This document shows, one piece after another, positions 6,823 through 16,262 of a stretch of 64,000 nt of DNA. Source of the DNA: an uncultured Fibrobacter sp. (lineage in GTDB: Bacteria; Fibrobacterota; Fibrobacteria; Fibrobacterales; Fibrobacteraceae); contig NZ_CAMZCS010000011.1 of NCBI RefSeq assembly GCF_947305105.1, positions 13,397 to 77,396 on the forward strand, in the 5' to 3' direction. A program made the position numbers and the translations under genes. Within the stretch, counting starts at the first letter, position 1, and each line of letters starts with the position of its first letter. Under the pieces are notes generated by a model. The model was not told the origin of the DNA, ran no database searches, and saw only the letters and a list, made by a program, of their open reading frames with translations.

Positions 6823-9608
6823 TACTTGACCGTCCAAGTTTGGTTATTCACCCGCAGGATCTTGCGGCCCTGCACGGCAGCGGCAGCGGCGCGAACCTGG
6901 GCCTCAGACACCGGAAGTTTAGCCGTCCACATCACTCGGCCCTGCATATCAAGGAGAACAACTGCACCACGGCTGGCGGCAATTTCGCCCATCCAATCCT
7001 TCTTGGGTTGGACAATGGTCCTGAGCTTGGTCGACGAGCCTGTAGTGAACGTCAGCACCAATTGCACGGACTTCTCGGAATCCTTGACATCGATCGTGAC
7101 AGGATAATCGGTATTCTTTTCAAGGCCAATAGAATGCGGCTTGATAGTGAATATAGAACCTTTGATTTTCATATCCAGATATTGCGACAACCTAGAGGAA
7201 CTCTTGGCAACAGAATAGGTCAAAGAATCGTCATCAATATCTGAAACAAGAGTATCCAAATCAATTTTCATCTCCCAGCCACTAGTTTCAACTTTGTAAC
7301 GGGCATCCTCGGGAGAGACCACAACAGGAGCGTCGTTGACCGGCTTGATTTTCACAGGCACAGTCAGCTTCGTCTCTGCGCCAAGGCTATCCGTTGCAAT
7401 GAAGGTCACTTCGGATTCACCGCAGGAATCTGGAGCCGGAGACAGCACGATAGCCGTTTTGGAAACAGTGATTTTGAGCTTGCCATCTTCATTGACGGCA
7501 TCAAAAGTCATCGGATTATCATCTGGATCTTCGAACCAGGAATTCAAAACCTTCGTATTGAAAGTCTTCGCCGTGGTAATCTTGTCTTCGACAAAAGTAG
7601 AAAGCACGGTTTCCAGAGAGTCTGCGATTCCCTCGCGGACCACAGGAGGCATGTTCTTGGCAGCGACATTGATAGTGACGGTCGCCGGTTCAGACTCCAC
7701 ACCGTCTGCGTTGACACAGATATAGGTGAAGGTGACCTTGCCACGGAACGATTCATCGGCCTCGTACTTGAAGGAACCATCTTCGCTCAGGGTCAACGTG
7801 CCATGTTCCGGCTTCGTTTTGACTTTGGCCTTCAGTTCGGCATCGGGATCATCCGGATTCTTGTCGTTTGCAAGTACGCCTTTCTTTGCGGCCACCTTGA
7901 TTGTAGAATCCTGAACGGCATCGTACTTGTCGTCAACGGCCACCGGAGGATCTTCGACCGGAGCCACCTTTACATAAAAGTCTACACCAGCCTGGAATTC
8001 TCCGTCATCTGCATAGTACGTCACCTTGGCCAGGCCATTGGCATCTTTCTTAGCGGTAACCAGGATATACTGGAACTTGCCGATTGTCGCAATTTCTGCA
8101 TTTACCAGCCCGTTCGTCTTCACACGCATCTTGATATCCGAATCCACATCGCTGAATACAGCATTATCCGCAGTGATAAACACACTTATGGAATCTTCGA
8201 AATCCTCGTCCACTTCGATGAACGTTTTTGAATTGTCGAGCTTAATCTGGGCGGTATCGCCCTCCCCAATGACATAGTTAATCGCGGAATCCAAAATTTC
8301 CACAGTCGGAGGATCATTGATATCCAGCACGTTAATCTTGAACTTCACTGTATCGCTAACACTTGTTGGATTATTCGTTTCTATAGCGTACAGCGAGAAA
8401 TACACTTCTCCGAAGGTGTCCGTAGGTGCGATATAGGTAAACTGACCCTTTTCTGCATCAAAACTAAACTCACCAAATTCCGGTTCATCTAAGAGATAAA
8501 GGTCAAACTCATCCTCGTCAAGATCGTAAGCGAATGTATCGTAGAAAGAGCATTTTCCCGTACACCCAATCGTATCCCCTTGAGACAGTTTATACGTCGT
8601 ATCACGGATTGTGGGGACATGAGCAAGGTCAATTGGCTTGAAAACCATATTATGCGTAACTTTCTTATTGGTCTTCACTTCTACTGCAATCAGTTCCACT
8701 TTTAGCGAGTCAGTTTCTTTCGGATTAGCCACCGACACAAACGTCATGGAATCACCCAGGTAGAACTGCTTTGTATCGTTGAAATCGGTATTCACGCCAG
8801 AGCCCAACGGTTTCGCAGTAATGGAAAGGGTATCTCCGTCTGCATCACTGAACACTTCAGAAAGGCGCACAACAAACGATTGCCCCTCTTGCAATTCAAC
8901 ACGGGTCGGATATTCCGGATTCACCACAGGAGGATGCTGCGGGCATTCATCAGCCAAATTTAAAGCATGGATACTGAAAACATTGCTCTGCCCGAACCTA
9001 CTAGCAAGATCCGCTTTGTAACTGAACTGGAGACCCAACTGCTGCTTGACTTTCCATACATTTTGCGATGTATTCTTGTCCCAACCCAATTCAAGGTCTG
9101 CAAAGGCGACGAACACGTTCTTTCTCTGGCCATCCGTAGACGGAAGCCTATAGCCAAAATAGTTGTTATCACCATCAGGATTCACCTCGTCGTCCTGCCT
9201 TATATCGTACTGCACAAAATCCATACGCACTGGATTCGTGGCCGAGTAATTCAAGCAAACGCCACCAAAAGATGAAAGATTGGTTACTGTAGGATTGTAC
9301 TCTGCGTCCACACTCCAATAGAACCCAAAGCCGGCTCCGCCCTTGGCCTTCTCTTGCGCCTCGAACGTCGCCTTCATGTAATAAGGCGCATCGGTTATCT
9401 CGGCAGTATCCAGATCAATAAAGATGTCCTTCTTGCCATTATCCCCAGGATATTCATAGCTATAAATATTCTGCGGACCATAGTATTCGCTTACGCCACT
9501 CTCATCCCATATTAAACGTTCGGCCGCTCCGGCCTGTGCCACTAAACAGAAGCACGCTACCATACAGAGAGGCAGTATGGAAGAATATTTTCTTTCAATA
9601 AAAACCAT
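6822..9608 (-). CDS. Large secreted adhesin-like protein with cadherin/Ig-like (VCBS/Big_9-type) repeats and a beta-rich C-terminal tail
   Basis: An AGGGAGA SD precedes the Met at 9608, followed by a signal peptide ..CLVAQAGA. Repeat linkers are DINDPPTV, VEDPPVAVDDKYDAV..GVLANDKNPD..HGTLTLSEDGSFKYE and VNDAPVV. The C-terminal AVVLLDMQGRVMWTAKL resembles sorting-domain tails. Confidence 0.85.
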   Translation of the reverse strand: MVFIERKYSSILPLCMVACFCLVAQAGAAERLIWDESGVSEYYGPQNIYSYEYPGDNGKKDIFIDLDTAEITDAPYYMKATFEAQEKAKGGAGFGFYWSVDAEYNPTVTNLSSFGGVCLNYSATNPVRMDFVQYDIRQDDEVNPDGDNNYFGYRLPSTDGQRKNVFVAFADLELGWDKNTSQNVWKVKQQLGLQFSYKADLASRFGQSNVFSIHALNLADECPQHPPVVNPEYPTRVELQEGQSFVVRLSEVFSDADGDTLSITAKPLGSGVNTDFNDTKQFYLGDSMTFVSVANPKETDSLKVELIAVEVKTNKKVTHNMVFKPIDLAHVPTIRDTTYKLSQGDTIGCTGKCSFYDTFAYDLDEDEFDLYLLDEPEFGEFSFDAEKGQFTYIAPTDTFGEVYFSLYAIETNNPTSVSDTVKFKINVLDINDPPTVEILDSAINYVIGEGDTAQIKLDNSKTFIEVDEDFEDSISVFITADNAVFSDVDSDIKMRVKTNGLVNAEIATIGKFQYILVTAKKDANGLAKVTYYADDGEFQAGVDFYVKVAPVEDPPVAVDDKYDAVQDSTIKVAAKKGVLANDKNPDDPDAELKAKVKTKPEHGTLTLSEDGSFKYEADESFRGKVTFTYICVNADGVESEPATVTINVAAKNMPPVVREGIADSLETVLSTFVEDKITTAKTFNTKVLNSWFEDPDDNPMTFDAVNEDGKLKITVSKTAIVLSPAPDSCGESEVTFIATDSLGAETKLTVPVKIKPVNDAPVVVSPEDARYKVETSGWEMKIDLDTLVSDIDDDSLTYSVAKSSSRLSQYLDMKIKGSIFTIKPHSIGLEKNTDYPVTIDVKDSEKSVQLVLTFTTGSSTKLRTIVQPKKDWMGEIAASRGAVVLLDMQGRVMWTAKLPVSEAQVRAAAAAVQGRKILRVNNQTWTVK

Positions 9609-9796
9609 TGGAATCTCCCTCGTCATCTTTCAATTACATTACTATAAAATTATATCAAAATGTGCATTTTGTCACACGGGAAACTCAAAATATAGTTTAG
9701 AATGTTTACAACGGCGATTTTGAGCAAAAAAAAGGAAAAATGGCTAGTAGAATTGCATTTTTTCGTGATAAAAAAAGCAATAAATAGACACGGGAC

Positions 9797-11611
9797 TTAG
9801 GAAGAATACGAATCCAGGATTTCGTAGCGTTCGTAAGCCTTTTCAAGTTCCTGTTCGCGGTCGGCAATTTCCTTCTGGAGTTCGACAATACGGGCCGCAT
9901 TGGTAAAAACTTCAGGTTTTGAAAGTTCCGACTGGAATTCGGCGATTTCGGCCTCCAGTTTTTCGATTTTGTCGGGCAGGGCCGCATATTCGCGCTCTTC
10001 GTTGTAACTGCGCTTTTTCTTTTTGGCCGGGGCAGCAACCACCTCGGAATTCTGGGATACCCGAGCAGCCTTTTCGGCCTCTTTTTCGGCGGCGATACGG
10101 GCCGCATTCGCCGCTTCCTTGTCACGGACTTTCTTTTTGGCCTCGTAATCGCTGTAACCGCCTACCGATTCAAAGACGGTGCCGCCTTCCTCGATAGCCA
10201 GAACACTCGTGACGACGGAATCCAAGAAGGCACGGTCGTGGCTCACAGTAAGCACGGTCCCCTTGTAATCGGCCAATAGTTCCGCCAACAAGTCTAGCGT
10301 TTCCATGTCGAGGTCGTTCGTCGGTTCATCCAGCACGAGCACGTTGCTCGGATGGCTAAACAGGCAAGCGAGCAAAAGGCGGTTCCTTTCGCCACCCGAT
10401 AGCGCACTGATAGGGCCACGGGCGCGGTCTGCCGAGAAAAGGAAGTCTTGCAGATAACTTAATACATGGCGTTTAACGCCGTTCAGCGTAATGTAAGCCT
10501 GACCATCGCCAATGTTCTCGACCAGCGATTTGTCTTCGCGAAGCTTGGTCCGCATCTGGTCGAAATAGGCAATTTGCAAGTTGGTGCCGAGGCGCACGTC
10601 ACCGGAATCGGGCTGAAGTTCCCCCAGAATCAGGCGGAGCAACGTCGTTTTGCCGCTGCCGTTCGGGCCCACGATGCCAATGCGATCGCCACGGGAAACC
10701 TCGGTCGTCAAGTGGCTAATGAGGGGGGCGCCGTCGTAAGAGTAATTCACGTCGGTGAGGCGAGCCACCAGGCGCCCGGAGCGTTCCGCCTCGGTAATCT
10801 GCATGTTCACGCTACCTGTGCGGGTACGGCGGGCGGCACGCTCCTCGCGCATTTTAATCAATGCGCGAACGCGGCCCTCGTTCCGGGTCCGCCGCGCCTG
10901 GATTCCCTTGCGGATCCAGACTTCTTCTTCGGCAAGGCGCTTGTCGAAAAGCGCATTGGCCTTGTCTTCTTCGGCGAGTGCCTGATCCCTGAACTGCACG
11001 AACTTGTCGTAAGGGAAATCCCAGCCGCGCAAGCGACCACGGTCCAGTTCAAAGATGCGGCTTGCCACGCGGCGCACAAAGGCACGGTCGTGGCTTACAA
11101 ACATCACGGCGCAATTCAGCCGCGTCACGATTCCTTCCAGCCACTGGATAGCGGGAATGTCCAAATGGTTTGTCGGCTCGTCGAGCAAGAGCAAATCGGG
11201 ATCCTGCGCCACAGCACGCGCAAAAAGCACACGGCGCTTTTGCCCACCGCTCAAGTCGTCGTACAGGGCGGTCGCATCGATACCCGTCTTGCCAAGAATT
11301 GCCTCGGCGTGGGAATCATGCGCACTGTCGGAAACCACTCCTGCCATCACCACATCACGGACCGTCCCTTCGATGTGCGCAGGGATTTCCTGAATCATGC
11401 GCGAAATCCGGAGCCCGGATTTTTTTACGATGTCGCCCGACTGGGCCTCCATCTCACCGCTAAGCACCTTGAGCAGCGTGCTCTTGCCCTCGCCATTGCG
11501 GCCGACCAGGCAAATGCGGTCGCCCGCCTCGATGTCGAACGACACGTTGTCGAGCAGCGGTGCATTCGCACCGATACGCAAGAGCAGGTTCTGGGCGGTA
11601 AGAATCGGCAT
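9797..11611 (-). CDS. ABC-F family ATPase (two ABC domains, C-terminal coiled coil; Uup-like architecture)
   Basis: It has two Walker A motifs (GRNGEGKST, GPNGSGKTT), two signatures (LSGGQKRRV, LSGGERNRL), no TM segments and a Lys/Glu-rich coiled-coil tail. The start is taken at MPILTAQNL. Confidence 0.9.
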   Translation of the reverse strand: MPILTAQNLLLRIGANAPLLDNVSFDIEAGDRICLVGRNGEGKSTLLKVLSGEMEAQSGDIVKKSGLRISRMIQEIPAHIEGTVRDVVMAGVVSDSAHDSHAEAILGKTGIDATALYDDLSGGQKRRVLFARAVAQDPDLLLLDEPTNHLDIPAIQWLEGIVTRLNCAVMFVSHDRAFVRRVASRIFELDRGRLRGWDFPYDKFVQFRDQALAEEDKANALFDKRLAEEEVWIRKGIQARRTRNEGRVRALIKMREERAARRTRTGSVNMQITEAERSGRLVARLTDVNYSYDGAPLISHLTTEVSRGDRIGIVGPNGSGKTTLLRLILGELQPDSGDVRLGTNLQIAYFDQMRTKLREDKSLVENIGDGQAYITLNGVKRHVLSYLQDFLFSADRARGPISALSGGERNRLLLACLFSHPSNVLVLDEPTNDLDMETLDLLAELLADYKGTVLTVSHDRAFLDSVVTSVLAIEEGGTVFESVGGYSDYEAKKKVRDKEAANAARIAAEKEAEKAARVSQNSEVVAAPAKKKKRSYNEEREYAALPDKIEKLEAEIAEFQSELSKPEVFTNAARIVELQKEIADREQELEKAYERYEILDSYSS

Positions 11612-11621
11612 GGCCTTGCAA

Positions 11622-11954
11622 CTATCCCAATTCCGGCACGGTAGCACAGAACACGAGCGGTTCTGCGCTTTCGTTAATCAAGCTGTGGGAATGGCCCTTG
11701 GGGCAAAAATGGCACTGTCCGGCCTTCACGTATTCCACGCCGTCGTCAAAGAGCACCTTGCCTTCGCCACTCAAGATGAACATGATTTCGCTGTTGGTCT
11801 CGTGCTTGTGGAACCCGATAGAAGCGCCCTGTTCAAGCGTGCCGCGCATAATGCGGGTTGTGCCGTCGAAATACATCTTGGCCTTGAATTCCTTCTCGCC
11901 ACCCTTGAAGTTCGGGAGGACAGTCGTCTCCATGCCATTCAAATCGATAATCAT
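11622..11954 (-). CDS. Cupin domain protein
   Basis: It has GFHKHETNSEIMFILSGEG..(cupin motif 1) and CPKGHSHSLIN (motif 2). The start is taken at MIIDLNG to avoid overlap with the upstream gene. Confidence 0.75.
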   Translation of the reverse strand: MIIDLNGMETTVLPNFKGGEKEFKAKMYFDGTTRIMRGTLEQGASIGFHKHETNSEIMFILSGEGKVLFDDGVEYVKAGQCHFCPKGHSHSLINESAEPLVFCATVPELG

Positions 11955-11991
11955 AATACTTTGCCTCGTTTGGCTATAATATAGAAAAGGG

Positions 11992-13239
11992 CTAGTGTCC
12001 CTGCGACCCCGCAAGGGATTCATTGATAAACCGGAATGTCAAATCGTAAGCATTGTCGCGCACTTCTTTTTTCGAGAGGAACACGTCGTGCAAGGCACCG
12101 TCAATTTGGGCCGTTTGCACCTTCGGTCCCAATTTCGGCGATGCGTCGCGGATAAGACGCGCATCAAGGATACCGTCGCAACGGGTATATTCTTCCACCC
12201 ATTCCTCTCCCTTCACGCTGCAACCGCTATGCAACACAAGTACAGGGGATGCAATATGCAGGCCTTCGCGCACCTTGGTTTGAGCCTTGTGAATCGCGCG
12301 CACCCAATGGAGATACGTTTCCGGACGCTTGAAAGGTTTCCAGTCCGTATTGTATTCCCACTCGCCCTTCTCTCCCTTGTACAAGGAATTCGCATAGTTC
12401 GGGTTCCCGGTGGAACCCACCGAATAATCAGGGAAATAAAGGCCAATCGAAGCAACCAAAGGCAAAACAATTTTGCGTATCGGGAAACCAAAATTCATCT
12501 CCAAAAAGGGGCTGTTCATCACGACCGCACCAAACTTGTCCCTACGGCCATCTTCCATGTAGAGCGATGCAATCAAGCCACCTTGCGAATGAGCCACCAA
12601 TATACTCGGCGGGCGCTTTATCGCCGTAATAGCCCTTGTAATCACCTCGTTCGAGGAATCCCGCACTGTATCATAAACCTTGTGCTCCAGATTCGACTTG
12701 ACCAAATGCCAACCCATCTCCACGGCATAATCAATTTCGGCAAAGAACTCCGAAGCAAAGTGCATGTCGCTACGCGGCTCGCCTTCGCGAATGGAGCGAC
12801 CATACCCATGCAAGTCCACAGCAAAGAAGGCATACCCTGCAGAATCCATCTTTTCCGCCATTTCTCTCTGGAAAAAATAATCGTTGAATCCGTGTATGTA
12901 CAATGCGATTCCCTTGGGAGTCGAAGCGGAATCTGTGCGTCGCGGGGAACTCCCGAACGGGTACTCCACCAATGTCGCATGGTGACCGTCCACATCTATC
13001 GGGTATGCCTTGAACGGAGCTCCAAGCGAAGAATCTTCCACACCGCGAACGAGAAACGAGTAAAGCAGTTGGAGGTCTACATGGTGCGATGGTCTCGGTT
13101 CCGCAGCACTTTCCCAGCCACCATAATTCTGTGAGAAATACATTGCAAAAATGAGGATAGGGAGCAACGCGAACGACAGCAACGAAGCTTTTATCCGCTT
13201 ACGGACTATTTCTTGCAACAAATCCTTGTCTATATTCAT
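11992..13239 (-). CDS. Membrane-anchored alpha/beta hydrolase (lysophospholipase-like)
   Basis: 415 aa with an N-terminal TM segment, YIHGFNDYFF (oxyanion region), LVAHSQGG (GxSxG nucleophile elbow) and a C-terminal GALHDVF His motif. Confidence 0.8.
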   Translation of the reverse strand: MNIDKDLLQEIVRKRIKASLLSFALLPILIFAMYFSQNYGGWESAAEPRPSHHVDLQLLYSFLVRGVEDSSLGAPFKAYPIDVDGHHATLVEYPFGSSPRRTDSASTPKGIALYIHGFNDYFFQREMAEKMDSAGYAFFAVDLHGYGRSIREGEPRSDMHFASEFFAEIDYAVEMGWHLVKSNLEHKVYDTVRDSSNEVITRAITAIKRPPSILVAHSQGGLIASLYMEDGRRDKFGAVVMNSPFLEMNFGFPIRKIVLPLVASIGLYFPDYSVGSTGNPNYANSLYKGEKGEWEYNTDWKPFKRPETYLHWVRAIHKAQTKVREGLHIASPVLVLHSGCSVKGEEWVEEYTRCDGILDARLIRDASPKLGPKVQTAQIDGALHDVFLSKKEVRDNAYDLTFRFINESLAGSQGH

Positions 13240-13253
13240 GAAGTTCTCAAAAA

Positions 13254-14147
13254 CTACTTCGCCAACTGCCTATGCTTTTGTGCTTCCTTTTTCAAAAAGC
13301 TGCACAGGAATGCAAAGAACTGTTCAACGCGTGCATTGTTCTGTTTATTCTTGCGCAAGCGGACAACGATATCGCGCTTGAATTCCCCATCGGTAATTTC
13401 AAGCAACCGAACCTTGTGCCGGTCCATCCTTCCCCACGAAAATTCAGGCCAGAAACCTACACCGACACCACCGGCAATGGCATCCTTGACCGCTGTCGCA
13501 TTGTCGCTCACAAACGAAGTGTTGGAATGGAACCCCACACGGTTACAGAACTCGGCATAAATGGAACTCAAGCGTTTCGACCCGTAGAGCCCGATAAAGT
13601 TTTCGTCTTTCAAGTCTTTGAGCGAAACACTCTTCCGTTTTTTGTACTGTGGCGTATTCGGAACCGCAAGGAAAATCTTTTCGGTACAGACAAATGTCTC
13701 CTCGTCGGAGCCCTGCACGGGTACATACTTCTCGCTGGTACTCACGCAGACATCGTACAACGTCGTCGATTCGTTCTGGATCAAGTTAATTCTCAAGCCG
13801 GGATCCGTCTGCTTATACTTAATCACGGCGTTCGTCACGAGTGTCGAGGCCGCAAGCACATTCAAGTTCACAGTCTGGTTTAGTTCGTTCGCCATCGCAC
13901 GAAGGCGGTCTGGCAGCGCCTCGATATCGTCGTAGAGCGGTTTGAGGCTCTTGTAGAAAAATCGGCCGCACTCCGTAAGCTTGATGTTACGCCCCTGTAC
14001 TTTGAAAAGGTCCACGCCCAACTCCGCTTCTAGCTTGTGAATTGCCTGCGTCAGCGCCGGCTGGACAATACACAAGTTGCGGGCACTCTTGGTAACGTGT
14101 TCGTTTTTAGCAACTTCCAAAAAATATTTTAAGTGTGTTAATTCCAT
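13254..14147 (-). CDS. LysR-family transcriptional regulator
   Basis: 297 aa with MELTHLKYFLEVAKNEHVTKSARNLCIVQPALTQAIHKLEAELGVDLF (wHTH) and a LysR substrate-binding-type C-terminus. Confidence 0.9.
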   Translation of the reverse strand: MELTHLKYFLEVAKNEHVTKSARNLCIVQPALTQAIHKLEAELGVDLFKVQGRNIKLTECGRFFYKSLKPLYDDIEALPDRLRAMANELNQTVNLNVLAASTLVTNAVIKYKQTDPGLRINLIQNESTTLYDVCVSTSEKYVPVQGSDEETFVCTEKIFLAVPNTPQYKKRKSVSLKDLKDENFIGLYGSKRLSSIYAEFCNRVGFHSNTSFVSDNATAVKDAIAGGVGVGFWPEFSWGRMDRHKVRLLEITDGEFKRDIVVRLRKNKQNNARVEQFFAFLCSFLKKEAQKHRQLAK

Positions 14148-14212
14148 ATCTCAATCAACCCATATAAACCTTTACTTATAATAATAATTAATTTATCCAT
14201 TCACGAAAAAAA

Positions 14213-14255
14213 CCAATAGATTTTTCTTATCAATTTAATATATATAATCTATTGG
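14213..14255. promoter_or_regulatory. Perfect 9-bp inverted repeat CCAATAGAT-N25-ATCTATTGG in the LysR divergent promoter region
   Basis: Seen directly at 14213-14221 and 14247-14255, 66-108 bp upstream of the LysR start, in an AT-rich region. Confidence 0.3.
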
Positions 14256-14447
14256 ACAACATAATTCCAAGAATATATTTTTGAAGCACCTTAAAAGGTT
14301 GTTAGAGTCCATTTATCAACCTTTTGTTTTCCAATATACTCCTGCAGACAACTCATGAGAGCGGTTCTCTTGAAAAAGAGACCGCTCTTCCATTATTTTC
14401 AGCACAGCATAAATACAAAACAGCGCCAAAAATGCTATGGTTAGGCA

Positions 14448-15575
14448 ATGTTCTACTGGTTAACATTCCTGCCGCTGTCGCTCATTCTTGCCTCTTGTGC
14501 CCTATTTCAGTCGTCCCCCAAGGTTCCCCTTTTTTCCGACGGAACTCCGTGCGGGGAATGCAAGTACATCCAACGGGACACTCTAGCAAACGGACACATA
14601 CAGGAAACTGCCGTACAAGGGAAAAAATACAACGGAGAACAGAGGGAATTTGAAAACGGCAAGTTGGTCCGACTGGCACACTTTGTTGACAACCACAAAG
14701 CCGGCAAGGAATACACCTACGAAAACGGAGCGGTCAAGGATTCCGTCACTGCAGACTTCCTGAAAGGGAGCGCCCTTTCGATGGCGATGATCCAGTCCAA
14801 ACTGCCGGATATCGTCGTCAAGAGATTCTCGGCGACGTTGCAGGCATCGCTTGCGAACGACTCCTCGGAAACATTCACCGAGACCCGTGACGGCAGAATT
14901 ACGAAAGCCGGGGAAAAGCGCAACGCGGTCAACTACATATTCTTCGACATCGAATACAGCAAGGACGCCCCCGACAAGAACTACCGCTTGCAGACAGGGA
15001 AAAACTTCTTTGTCGTAAACGACGGGATTATCACCGAAGAGAAAGGCTACGAAGGCGAAGTCCTTGTGAAAGACTTCCAAAAGTCCCACCACTACAAGTC
15101 GTACTACCCGAGCGGGACTCCTAAAGAAGATCACGAAGGGGACGTGACCATCAATGTGGACAAGGCGGCGTGTTCGGGCAAATGCCACGTGACCTCGTTC
15201 AACGAGAAGGGGCAGAAATACATTGAATACTGGCAAGAAATCACTGATTCTGCCGGGACAATACAAGACAAAGTCACGAGCAAGTCGTACCGGAACGGCA
15301 CTTCGCTAGAATTTGAACTGCACACGGTCAACGGCGAAACAATTTCGTATAAGTTCTTCGACGACAACGGCAACCTGTCTACCGAGTACAATAAATCAGA
15401 ATTTTACTTTATTTACAACGACCGCGGAAACATGATGCACGAATTCCACGGCACAAGCCGTTCAGAGGGCAAAAAGATTTACTACATCGACGGAACCCAG
15501 ACCATCTACCTGCCCAACGGCCTTCCCTTCTCGATATTCAAGTGGGAAAACGGGCGCGGCAAGCAGATCAAGTAA
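14448..15575 (+). CDS. Hypothetical lipoprotein with MORN/YwqK-like repeats
   Basis: It has the lipobox LILASC and repeats of the type ENGKLVRLAHF..GKEYTYENGAVKD. Confidence 0.65.
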   Translation: MFYWLTFLPLSLILASCALFQSSPKVPLFSDGTPCGECKYIQRDTLANGHIQETAVQGKKYNGEQREFENGKLVRLAHFVDNHKAGKEYTYENGAVKDSVTADFLKGSALSMAMIQSKLPDIVVKRFSATLQASLANDSSETFTETRDGRITKAGEKRNAVNYIFFDIEYSKDAPDKNYRLQTGKNFFVVNDGIITEEKGYEGEVLVKDFQKSHHYKSYYPSGTPKEDHEGDVTINVDKAACSGKCHVTSFNEKGQKYIEYWQEITDSAGTIQDKVTSKSYRNGTSLEFELHTVNGETISYKFFDDNGNLSTEYNKSEFYFIYNDRGNMMHEFHGTSRSEGKKIYYIDGTQTIYLPNGLPFSIFKWENGRGKQIK

Positions 15576-15593
15576 TATCAAAACTAGGCTAGA

Positions 15594-16259
15594 CTAGTAG
15601 AACATCCCGTAGAACTCATCTACGGCAAAATACACATCCCGTTTTTCGCCCGTGGAATCGCGGGCAGCGAACACGTCGTAATGGCGATTGTTTTTCTGTT
15701 CCAATCTCTGGGATTCTTGCGTCAATCCGAGTTCTTGGAGCGCTTCGTATTCTTCGGCAACGCCAATGACGTACATAGCAGTCTCGGGAGACTTGCCATC
15801 ACCGCTATTGACAATGGATTTTACCAGCGCATTCCTGACAGCACCATGGAATTCACGCACGGTCGGGTAAATCGAAAGATTTTTCGACAAGGCCGCATGC
15901 GCCGCAATGCTCGTGTAGTCTCGTTCCAAGATATCGTAAGCAAGCTTTGCAACGTCCCCCTCATAGCTGCCATTCGCAGCCTTCGTCAGTTCCATCGTCG
16001 TCTTGAGCGGCACGCCGAGATTTGACGGGTTTGCAAGGCGGCATTTGAAAAAGGCAGTGCGGAACTGGCGCCAGTTTGTATAGGGAACGGCCGAGAGGGA
16101 GTCGCGCTCGATAGCCTCAAGTTGCTTTTTGTAATAGGTTCCCTCTTCCGGAACAACGAGTTTGCCCCGAAGCAGGGCGGTATTCCCACGATTCACGCTA
16201 CACGCCGCGAGAAGGAGCAGCATGACAAGCACCGAAACGCCGTACCATTTCCTTTTCAT
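15594..16259 (-). CDS. Hypothetical lipoprotein
   Basis: 221 aa with MKRKWYGVSVLVMLLLLAAC (lipobox). I could not name a family with confidence. Confidence 0.65.
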   Translation of the reverse strand: MKRKWYGVSVLVMLLLLAACSVNRGNTALLRGKLVVPEEGTYYKKQLEAIERDSLSAVPYTNWRQFRTAFFKCRLANPSNLGVPLKTTMELTKAANGSYEGDVAKLAYDILERDYTSIAAHAALSKNLSIYPTVREFHGAVRNALVKSIVNSGDGKSPETAMYVIGVAEEYEALQELGLTQESQRLEQKNNRHYDVFAARDSTGEKRDVYFAVDEFYGMFY

Positions 16260-16262
16260 ACA

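Noticed and set aside
4609-6826. The repeated short 'words' with intervening unique sequence superficially resemble a repeat-spacer array.
   Set aside because: There is no constant repeat length or regular spacing. The repeats occur as inverted pairs at gene ends scattered over 60 kb, and no cas genes are present. This is not CRISPR.
9706-10125. A 139-aa Lys/Arg/Pro-rich ORF overlaps the 3' end of the ABC-F gene in another frame.
   Set aside because: It is an out-of-frame reading of the Lys/Glu-rich coiled-coil coding region, with low complexity and no independent support.
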